Source: Saccostrea cucullata (taxonomy: Eukaryota). From it: DNA of 64,000 bases. The notes under the pieces were generated by a model. That model was not told the origin of the DNA, ran no database searches, and saw only the letters and a program-made list of their open reading frames with translations. This document shows positions 53,143-64,000 of the stretch, in pieces (the stretch's first letter is position 1; each line of letters starts with the position of its first letter). The DNA lies in contig NW_026931120.1 in assembly GCF_032062105.1 (NCBI RefSeq), positions 124,001 to 188,000 on the forward strand. The letters run 5' to 3'. A program made the translations under genes and the position numbers.

Positions 53143-54514
53143 TGTGTCCTCTTGTCGGCTCTTATCCCCGTATACTAATCCAACCAAACAAGACAATTAC
53201 CTGTACACTTTTAAGCGTGAGTGGAATGGTAAGAAGATGAAATTATTAATTTCTGGCAGATCACGTGACTGCAATATGACAAGATCATTTATGAACATTA
53301 CACATTGTAATATTATCGTCAGTGCTTAAAACTTTATGGAAATGCAAATAAGATTGGTTTTACATGATTGGAGACTTTTGGAAGTCTTTAAAAATTGTTT
53401 TTGAATTATAAATTAGATCTTGACAATAACTTTTCTTTCAAATACAAATATATATGTCACTACATGTGAAAAACAACACACCAATATCATTAGGGCGTAA
53501 ACATCTTGGCATTAAAATAGCACGAATTAAGATAGTTTGTTCACCTTAGGATAGTTTGTTTCATATTTAGTCGACCCAGTGATGCCTGTGCCTGCAAATT
53601 TGTAATAATTAACAGAATTTTAAATCAGAATTTATTATTTAGTTAATGAAAAGTTTATGAAACAGTATACTTTACAAAAATTTTACAAACATCGTTACAA
53701 ACCAAATATGTTTGATACATATTTCTGGGCCTATTTCTGTTGCAAAGATTTAAATATTACATTTCTAAAAATATTTATTAAGAAACTGTAGATCTTCTAT
53801 GATGTTCAAACTTCTACTTTCCTACAACCATCTTTATTAATTTATACAAATACTAGTACATGTATTTATTCACTTAAAATCCCAATATTGTGAAATTTTT
53901 AAATGAAAAATTAAAAACTACATGTTCACTAAGATTTTTTTTTCATTTTACGTAACAAATTATGACACCAATTGTTATTTTCAATTTTTGGACAAAGTTT
54001 GTTTGTATCATTTGTCCTTAAATTTCGATCTGATAACAAACTTGAAACACATAGACTTGTGTTTTATTTTGTGTGTCCTTTGAAATACTTTTATCAAGCA
54101 TTGTTCCACAATTGCAAAGAAAGAACGTTGACCACCATTTTCAGAAATCCATACGTAATTAAATGAACTTTTAGAAATTGTTCTATAAATTCAAAAATGA
54201 TAAAATGAAAGTAAATTGTGTAATAATGCATGAAGAAAGACAGGACCTGCTACTTATCAAACACACTGGAGCCTTGCGATTGGTTTCAAAAAGTAATTTT
54301 TTATTGACAAGTTGTATTGGAATACTTAAGCCTTTTGAAAGTACCCACGTTTTTAGCAATCTTCAAGATTATCTAAAGTATTTTTATCTCTCTGAGCTTA
54401 AAAATGGATATAAATGGAATTGTAAGAAGACGATTTCAACATGAATTTCGAATTTAAAAGTTAGTTACGGTATTAAAACAGAAAACAGGAAATGTCGTGT
54501 GTGGGTGAAATATA

Positions 54515-56555
54515 TAGAGATAAAGAACAGTATTTGAGCTCAAACGTCCATATAAACAATACAAAATAGGAGCAGAGCAAACACGGACCTCCAAAGCTTC
54601 AGAGGTGGAATCACAGCTATTGCAGAAGTGTCTAAAACTACATTGAGTACTAGCAAATAAAACAACAAATCAACAAATGATAAATAGAACGAAAAACAAA
54701 GAGTTCTAAATACTTTCAGATGAAGGATATGGAGATAACGAACAGTATTCAATATCAAAGTCCATTAAACAATACAAAATAGGAGCAGAGCAAACACGAA
54801 CAACCGAAACTTCAGAGGTGGGATCAGGTGCCATGGAGGAGTGAGCATCCCCTGCCGACCGGTCACGCCCGCCGTGTGCTCCTTGTCCTGATCGGGAAGT
54901 AACGGAAAAATCCAAAGTCAATTCAGTGTATCAGTAATGGACTAACGATTGGTATGATAAACGTCAGTCAGCATTTGACTCGATGATAAATTGTATTTGC
55001 TGACAAGGTCACTGTATCGACCATAGAACTTATGAAATGATGACTTTAAACGAGACTTCTGATATTCTTGTTTCATCAACTTGCTTGTCAATAATTTGCC
55101 TCGTTTAAAAAAATTGTTCGTATGTAGAGCATGCTCTTGCGTATCGAATCAACTTCGATATATATACTCCGTATGCAGGCGATGAAGGTATATTGCTGCA
55201 TAAATAAGGGAAGTTGACGATAGAAAAGTTAAAGTCATCACGTTTATCATAGAACTTGCTTATTAGATTTCCCTTTTTCAAATAAAATATCTAAGTATGA
55301 AACAGATGTGTCAGACTCTATGGTATTTTTTATCTCAAGCTCACCAGGATATATCGTATAACGAACAGTATTCAATCTCTAAGTCCATAAAAAAAATACA
55401 AAATAGGAGCAGAGCAAACACGGACCTCCGAAACATCAGAGTTGGGATTAGGTGCCAAAACATTTTTACATCCCCTGATTTCCGTATTCCGTCTTATGTC
55501 ACACCCGCCAAATGCTCCTTGTCATTAAACGGGAAATAACTGAAAAAGGGTGTAAATAATGGCCTAAATAATTCTCATGAAACATGTCAGTCAGCATTTG
55601 ACATTATGATAAATTGTATATGCTGATAAGGTCATTGTATCGATCATAGAACTTTCGAAATGACGACTTTAAACGAGACTGATGATATTCTTATTTCATC
55701 AACTCGTTTGTCAGTAATTTACCTCATTTTAAAAATTGTACATACGTACAGCATGCTCTTGCGTATCGGATCAATTGAGAAATATAAACCCGTATGCAGG
55801 TGAGGAAGGTATATTGCTGCATAAGTAAGGAATGTTAACAATTGAAAAATAATAAAGTCATCGCGTTTATCATTGAGCTTGTTTGTTAGATTACCATTAA
55901 CATCTTTTTCAAGTTAAATATCCAAATATGAAACAGATATGTTAGATTCTGTGGGGTTTTTTTTTATCTCAAGCTCAACGGGATATATCGAATCGACATA
56001 AGAATGGAAATAACCCTGGTATATGACAATACGTAGTCGGTATATTTTAATGTCGAGTTGAAGGCCACAGCAAGTGTTTTTTTTTCTTTTCACGTATAAG
56101 ATTATGGACAAATGTTCCTTCATATTAATTTAGGAAACCAAGTCTTCCAACAAACAAGTTGTTCAACATTCAACTGGCAATAATTGTGCCCATTTATATG
56201 CTGACCTGTTTATTTCTTTATTTAAAAAAATTACAGTAAAACACTAGCTGTCGACTTCAGCTCGACATTTAAATATATGGACGATATATTATTAATTGAC
56301 AATAGTTATGATTAATAACACAGCTCCATGATAAACGTGATTCTCAACTTTCCCTGCATATGCAGCAATATACCGGTACCCTTATCACCTGCATATGGAA
56401 TTTATATCTCGCAGTTGATTCGAATTTCAGAGCATGCTCTAAGTAAGAGCAATTTCTAAAATTGATGAAAGAATAATATCAACAGCCTCGTTTAAAGTTA
56501 CCATTCGATATTTCTATGGTCGATACTATGACTTTGTTTGCAAATACAATTATCA
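54515..56555 (-). mobile_element. Cluster of Penelope-like copies: tandem minus-strand units plus an inverted, more decayed plus-strand copy
   Basis: 3' tails on the minus strand at ~54515-54615, ~54730-54900 and ~55360-55520; RT C-terminal remnants at 54960-55360 and 55580-56120; plus-strand remnant 56130-56555 (NCAPL.ADLF, FKYMDD, SPAYGIYISQLIR, FYGRY). Confidence 0.85.
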
Positions 56556-56860
56556 TATAATTAAATTAAATGAATTTAAAGCTTGAGGGTGAGGAATTGT
56601 GTCAAAATCGGAAGTGCTATTGATAAAGATCCATGGATAATGCATGGATTTATCTTTTGACTAGTATCATCTACATGTATGAAATATACTTACTAGCTGA
56701 TTTCTAGTTTTCACAGTATGTAACTTCTGGTTTCCATATTGATACACAATTACAGACCTCTGATTTCCTCATTTATATACCTCATTACTGACTTCTTGTT
56801 ACTGTAGTAATATATCATATTAGTTGATTAATCATTTTCTTAAGAAAAATCACATCAATG

Positions 56861-59479
56861 AACTAGAGTGTTCCAAGGAACGCATGTGTCGCCTGCTTTA
56901 AGCTTCTTTATAGATGTAACTGAACTAAGGGTGCTCAACTATTAATATGCTACTAGCATATACATTTCATGCAAAAAAAATCTAGCATGATAGTTACTAA
57001 ATGCACAAAAAACATCAACACATAGTACAAGACCGAGAAATCAAAGATAATATGATTCCCAGCCCTCAAATGAATATATAAGTTGAAATAATTATAAATA
57101 TTTATTTATCACTTAACATGTGCTAATACGTATTTCAAAGTCTTTTCACCAATTGTCACTCTACACCATCCGTTGAGGGATACCAGTACCGATGTATTGT
57201 CATGATATTTAAATATGAGTTTGTGTGGTAATTGAATATCAAACAAAATAGTGATTTTAAAAAGAACAAAATTATTTATATACATAAATACACAAAATAT
57301 GTTGCATATTGGCACTTTTACTTTTTAAGTAAAGTAGGTCAAAGGACAAGGTCAAGGGTCACAAGGTCGGTAACCATGGCAATTTACAAATGCCATAGTG
57401 CAAAGCAATAAACGTACAAAATATCAAGTCCATATCTCTTACAGTTCTTGTGATACAAGGTGTGAAATTAAACTGTCCGTGGTATGCTGCTTGCAGGCAA
57501 CACAAAAATTAGGTGATCTACACAATATAACTCACTTTAAATGGCAGTGAATGATGTTGAATACATGGAACATTTAATAATAGAAAATGTTTTATGATAA
57601 ACAGTGCATACTGCTTGTTGTTGAATCATTTTATTTCATAATTATTGTAAGCAACTTTAATCTTCATTCCTTAAAATACTAAAAATGTTTCTTCTATTTT
57701 ATTATTCTTGTACTTGAATATGTCCATCACATGTTATATCTGTCACATTTTGATACTTTTAAGAAAATCAATTTAGGTAAAGGACAATGTTTTTTAATTG
57801 AGGATCACAAGGTCTGGAAATGATTAACCATGGCAAAATTTAAAACAAATGCCAATAGTATTTAAAAAAATGCAATAAAACAAGGTCATTTCAACAAATA
57901 AGGAATTTACCACATGCTGACTTTACACGAGGTTGTTAATATCTTTGTACCTTCAAAGTGTGACAGACTAGAGTATCGAATACATAATGGGACATTGACA
58001 AAGCAAGTTCAGGAAATTGACAGTGGAGAAGCTAAATTTAATTCGTTTGCCAAAGTGTTTAGTTATAAATTTGTTTTTATTGTCTAAAGTAAGTAACATA
58101 TCCAATTAAGAAACAAATGTGGCAGACTGTGTAATGTCTACTTTAAAAATATATACTCACTTTAAATGGCAGAAATAAATATTGTTAATTGACAAAATGT
58201 TGATATATCATGTCAAAGATTTAATAAAGAGTGTATTTTCATCTACTTTTATTTACTGCCCAAAACAACTTCACCAAAAATTTTTTGTTGTTGAAAATCA
58301 TTTTATTTCAAAATAATTGTTTCTTCTTTTCCTTTTTTAAGCGTGTGAACTTTCAAGATCGAAAAGATTTATAATCTTAAATACTAAAAATGTTTCTTCT
58401 ATTGTATTATTCTTGTACTTAATGATCTATGATCCCAACACATGTTATACTCTGTTACATTTTGATATTTTCTAGAAAATCCATTCAGGTAAATTGAAGA
58501 ACATTGAATGTTTTTTAATTGAGTTTAATAACCAAAAATTCTGGAAATGATTAATCAAGTATTATCATTGACCTTAAAATTCATGTAAAGGTCAAACAAT
58601 CCAAAAATGAGAAAATTAGTTTTTGTATCTCTTTTGTCTTTATATATACAATGTATTTTAAAAAATGATAGATTTATAATTGCTAAGATAAAACCTTTTA
58701 AAAGTTATTGCCCCTTGTGCAAAAAACCTTGTTACCACATGCTGACTATACATGAAGTTGTTAATATCTTTGTACCTTCAACTTTTCTGTCAAAAGTTGC
58801 CTTATATGAGTTATTGCCCGTTAACTTCTTTATATACTATTAAACCTTGTATCGAAAACTATAAATGGGACATTGACAAGGCAAGTCAAAGTTGACCTTG
58901 AATAATTTTGTTCAAAGGAAATTCCAAAAATTAGAAAGAAGCTCTTATATCTCTTTTGTCTTTTAATTACAAACAGTTTGCCAATAGTGTTTAAAAGTTA
59001 TAAGTTTGCTTTTATTGTCTAAAGTAAGTAAAATATCCAGTTGAGAAACAAATGTGGCAGACTGTGTAGTGTCTACTTTAAAAATTCACTTGTATAAGTA
59101 CTAAAGGATTTAATGACCCTTTATATGAGTTAGAAATAAATATTGTTAATTGACAAAACGTCATCGATATATCTGAATGTCGAGTTGAAGGTCAAAGAGT
59201 GTATTTTCATCTACTTTTATTTACTGCCCAAAACAACTTCACCAAACATTTTTTGTCGTGTTGAGAAAACTCTTATTTATTTAGCTTTTTGTTATGCAAC
59301 ATGTGATCAAATGTGGGAAATATTATTATATTGAAACTTTAGATTAATACCATGAGAAATGGTCATAAAGGTTCTACATCTAGTCTTTCCAACAAACCCA
59401 CACAATAAGAAACCCACATACAGACACATAATAATAACGCCATATCCCATCGGAAACTTTTTGCGCGAGGGGATAAAAA
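56861..59479 (+). mobile_element. Helentron/HINE-like non-autonomous element with internal duplicated segments
   Basis: Starts aactagagtgttcc; internal (a)aggtcaaggtca/tgacctt motifs; AC-rich microsatellite-like tract ~59390-59430; ends cccatc...gcgaggggataaaaa. Segment 57600-58290 duplicates 58285-59255. Confidence 0.55.
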
Positions 59480-59778
59480 CAATTAAACGCTGAAACGCTA
59501 TCATATTAACTGAAGGTAGATAAGATCGTACTAAGACAACTTATGGTCTCTTTCAAACATGGCCAGTGCCAATAATTTAATCAAGTAGAAGATATTAATA
59601 GTATATATGATATAGATAAGGACTACTTTTCATTTTAAGTTGTAACGGTCGGATAACGAGGTAAATATGGTCAAAATTTCCAATATTCTTATTATTTAAG
59701 GAAAGAAACATTTGAATTGTAGTATTTTTTTATGCTAGAAAAAGCAAAAGAACAAAAAATATATTTGATTAAGGTGGC

Positions 59779-62700
59779 ATGGATGCTGAAGAATTCCGTA
59801 AATATGGACGAAAAATGGTTGACTATATTGCGGATTACATGGAAAACATTCGTGAACGTGATGTAGTACACAAAGTTACCCCAGGTTACCTAAAGAAGCT
59901 ACTTCCAAGCGAGGCTCCAGAGAACCCGGAAGACTTTGAAGAAGTGTTCAAAGACATTGAAAAATTTATAATGCCGGGGGTAAGTGCTATAGCTTCATCA
60001 TAACTTTCATTTCTCTTGGTGTCTTGTGAAGATATCTTGAAAATACATATTGATGTATTCTGTTGCATTGCTGAACGTGGATTTTATTTACAATAAATAA
60101 TTTAAATAAAATGAAGAAAATCAAAAGCTTACTTCCAATTCTTTTTTCTTGCAATTGTGTGTTGACACATGATGCAAATATAAAAGAAATATTTGCATGG
60201 CTTGGTTTATAATTTTCTTTGGTTCTAATGATACATAATATAAAATTTTTTTATTGACACATGATAAAAAAATATATATAAGAAATGAATGCATAATTTG
60301 ATGTGAACAAAATTATTAATTTTACTTACAATATTACAAACTACTTTTATCAAAATCAATTCTAAAAAATGATACATTTACGAAAAATATCAAATTTATA
60401 AAATATCAGGGGTGATCAAAATTGAACACTTACGAAACCACAATTCAGATTGAAACAAAAATTGTACAGCCATACACTTTATAAATAGCAAAAAAAATTC
60501 CTTGTTTGTGTCACAATGTGAAAATGACGTCACATTATACATTATATGTTGTATATATTTAACACCTTTGTAGACGTATAATAATTTGCACGTTTATTAA
60601 GGCAAATGACTTCTTATAAATTCCATCAATGATTGGATTGATCGTTTTAGCGAAGGAAAATAAAATATTTGTTGTGACTAAAATTATTCATTTTACTTAC
60701 AATATTACAAACTAACTACTTAAAACAGAAATGAATGAATAAATTTGTTATCAAAATCAATGTCCTTAAAAAGATTGTTTTATTTGCATGGCCATGTACA
60801 TTTACGAAAATTTCTATATATGCAAGGAAAAATAACTAAATCTATACAAGTGATGATAGTAATTCCACTTACTATGAATAAACCGTTTATTTCTTAGCAT
60901 TTCGTAATCGCAAAACAATGTTTATGAATATGTTTTGTTCGCCAGAGAAGAAAATACATGCTTAGATCTATTATTATTATAATTTTTTTGGAACATATAC
61001 TATACAATATGATTGGTGATTTTTAATGACATCTTGAATGTTTTCTGTCGTCATGTCTTATTTTTTTCCCTGTCCTTCACTTCTGATAACAATTTGTTGT
61101 CACTGAGAACATTTTCGATCATTGATAACCCCTTTTGTTCTATGTGTTATCAACAGAATAAGATTCTTATCTATGTCGGTTTAACCTTTCATATCAATAT
61201 ATGGAAGCGAATTTATAAAGCAAATTTTTTTTTCTATACACTTTTACTAATGATCTTAACTGCTTTCATATGCAAAAATATCGCACCGTTTTTATTTTTA
61301 CTTGATATACGCATCTCTTGTGTATAAGCAGTCCTGAAAAAGTAAATTCCTTTTAGTGTCATAATGTGAAAATTTTGATTAATATAGTCATGATTATTTT
61401 CCCGTTTTAATCTTTGTAATACCATTATACATATATATCTCACGATTACTTGCTGCGCACTAGCATGTTATCTATATAAAATGCATTCCTCACTAATGAA
61501 AAACAAGACTAATTAACTTTTTTAAAATGTAAATCCAGCCATTCAATGTTGAAAAGAACAAAGATTTGTGATATTGCAATATCATGAGCTTTTTTTTCTT
61601 TAAGCTTTCTCGAGATACTAGTAATGGTTTATGAAAAGTATCAATTCTGTGATATTGCCAATCTCTGGATTGCTTTCTGATTCATCATTCAAACATTATT
61701 CAAACTGATCAGAATCTTACTTTACTATCATTATAATTGGAAGATTTCCCTAATCCAATGCAAATTTTGCCACGTTTATTTAGAAATAAGAAAGAAAATC
61801 TTAATTATGATTTATATTGATGCAGTAGGCATGGAACACATTAATTAAGTTTCTGAAAATAGAGACATCATTAGTTAATTAATAATTTTGTTTAAAAGAA
61901 ATATATCAAACATTTTTACATGTAAGATACTATATTTGATATTATTCTACGTATGTACGAGTTAGCCGTTTCCTTCCTTTCTTTAAAAAAAACTAAACAA
62001 TGACATACAATTTCAAACTTGATATTGGATTATGGTTTTAATTTCTATAGAAACCTGTCACACAAATACATGTACATGTGTTTTATCGACTTAAGTTATG
62101 GTGTTCACGACAACTTCTGTAAACTTAAAACCTCTTTAGAAAAGAAAAATATGTATGACAACCTTCTAGCAAACAATCAATAAGTCTCTCTAACATAGAA
62201 CATAAAAAAATAATCAGAATTTAACTCTGCAATGTATTTTTTCTAGGTAACTCACTGGCACAGTCCGTATTTTCATGGCTATTTTGCTGCAGGAAACACG
62301 TATCCATCCATATTAGGAGACATGCTTTCAGACGCTATTGGTTGTATAGGATTTTCATGGGTAATATCACTTCTTGAAAATTCGATGAAACGTTTCATGC
62401 ATTTTCTTTAAGACAAAAATGTATTGCATATATAGCACTGTGTGTATTTTTCTAAATGCTAAATAAAGAAAATGTGAATATAATTTTGTAAGAAATTCTT
62501 TATATGAGAAGGTACAATATACACTTATCCACTGGGTGTGAGTGGGATAGCTCTTTTATCAAACCCGCGACAGAGAACTATTCCCCGAGGGCTTATATAA
62601 GGGTTTGATAAAAGAGTTATCCCACTCACAAACAGTGGATAAGCGTTTTATTGTACTGATGTATAATATAATTTCTGAGGTTTGAATTTTTTTGCAGTAA

Positions 62701-63912
62701 GATAATACTGCAAGAATAATCTGAAATCCTGATGACGTCACAATGCTACTGAAGTCATTATGACATCATCAGTAGATAGATCTATCGTTGGAAATCAAAA
62801 TTGGAGGCAAAAATTGCATGAAAATTTTCCGAGGGTGGATAGCAAAAACTATACCCCGGGGTATAGCTTTGCTATGCGTGAACTATAAAAGATAGCTATT
62901 TTACCTTCTGAACTTTATATAGGAAACATTTTAACAGAAGTATAATAATATGTATTGTTGATGTTTCATCAAAAAATGACCAATCGCACTTTATCATAAA
63001 TTTCCAGCTAACTGTATCATCTACATCAACGATTTACAAAAACTTAACTAAAAGTTATTGAATTTTTCTTTCCTTTGATCAGGCTACAAGTCCTGCATGT
63101 ACCGAACTGGAAGTTATCACCACGGACTGGTTGGGGAAGATGTTAGCACTTCCAGAAGAATTTTTACATTGTGGACCAGGCGATGGCGGTGGCGTTATCC
63201 AGGTTTTATTGATTTACTACTCGTCTATTATTATTAATTTTAAATAATCAAACATTACAACGTAATCATAAATCGAAAATATCAAGCAGAAAAGGTAGGT
63301 AAGCTAATGGTCAAAAACATCTCCATATGTTTCATACATTAGTAAAATGAATGGTCAATAAACTATTGCAATGCTCTGTTTTCAGTCCACAGCCAGCGAG
63401 ACCGTTTTCCTGTGTTTGTTAGCAGCCCGAAATAAAATTGTCGATAAAATAAAGAAAGAGAAACCTGACTTAGAAGACAAAGAAATACTTTCCAAACTCG
63501 TTGCATACTGTACTGATCAGGTAAGGCCTAAACTGTTTTTTTAGTGTTGGTTGATTGGAGTCATAAAAAGATAATTTATGAACAGATATTTACTGCTTTA
63601 GGCGAACTCCTCCGTTCATCGGTCAGCTCTTTTGGGTGCTGTTAAAATGCACAAATTAGACAGCGATTCGAATTTCAGCCTTCGAGGTGACACTTTAAGG
63701 AAGGCAGTCGAAAACGACAAGAAAGAAGGATTAATTCCCTTTTTCGTAAGATCTTTTCTTTTTAAATATAAATGTTGATTTTTATGATAAGCATCACGAA
63801 TGAGCTTGACTAATCAATCTTATCCTACCCTTAAATCACTTTCAGCTCTGTGCGTCACTTGGGACAACTGGAACATGCGCATTTGATAATATCGAGGAGT
63901 TGGGACCTATAT
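59779..63912 (+). CDS. DDC: Group II PLP-dependent aromatic-L-amino-acid decarboxylase family enzyme (DDC-like) with His192->Asn; partial, continues beyond the right edge
   Basis: Exons 59779-59979, 62247-62360, 63083-63202, 63386-63520, 63602-63745, 63846-63912 (201/114/120/135/144/67 bp). Motifs [77 protein letters not shown]. Symbol is family-level; may be a paralog. Confidence 0.95.
60408..60660 (+). mobile_element. Fragment of the same mariner-like family as 20589-21548, in DDC intron 1
   Basis: aggggtgatcaaaa TIR-like start and ataatttgcac..ttattaag.caaatgacttc.tataaatt.catcaat match the reverse complement of ~21200-21548. Confidence 0.6.
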
Positions 63913-64000
63913 GTAAGAAGATTGAAATTGTGCGTTAAATAATGTAATGTGTGTGTGTTTTTCTCATTTGCTGATTACTTGTATTGTATTCATATATATA

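Overview
AT-rich, intron-containing animal DNA. The repeat landscape (Penelope-like RT relics, Helentron/HINE- and Cg170-like repeats, G/C-tract MITEs) suggests a bivalve, probably an oyster (inference). Six spliced genes can be reconstructed from GT-AG boundaries with consistent phases. (1) The 5' part of a multi-EGF, Cys-rich receptor-like gene (minus, running off the left end), with a dead Mutator-like transposase upstream of its confident exons. (2, 3) Two tandem SLC30A2/8-type zinc transporters; the first has paired MRE sites upstream and a minisatellite built from its own splice acceptor, and the second has a scrambled TM5 exon. (4) An uncharacterised ~336-aa protein ending in a CaaX box. 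(5) A secreted Gln/Pro-rich ~704-aa protein with a C-terminal colipase/prokineticin-like Cys domain completed by either of two duplicated last exons. (6) The first six coding exons of a group II PLP aromatic amino acid decarboxylase carrying Asn at the His192 position, the substitution that marks insect DHPAA (aldehyde) synthases. The best leads are this H192N enzyme, its head-to-head neighbour the Q/P-rich secreted protein with switchable C-termini, and the zinc-transporter pair. Some segments look like error-rich assembly.
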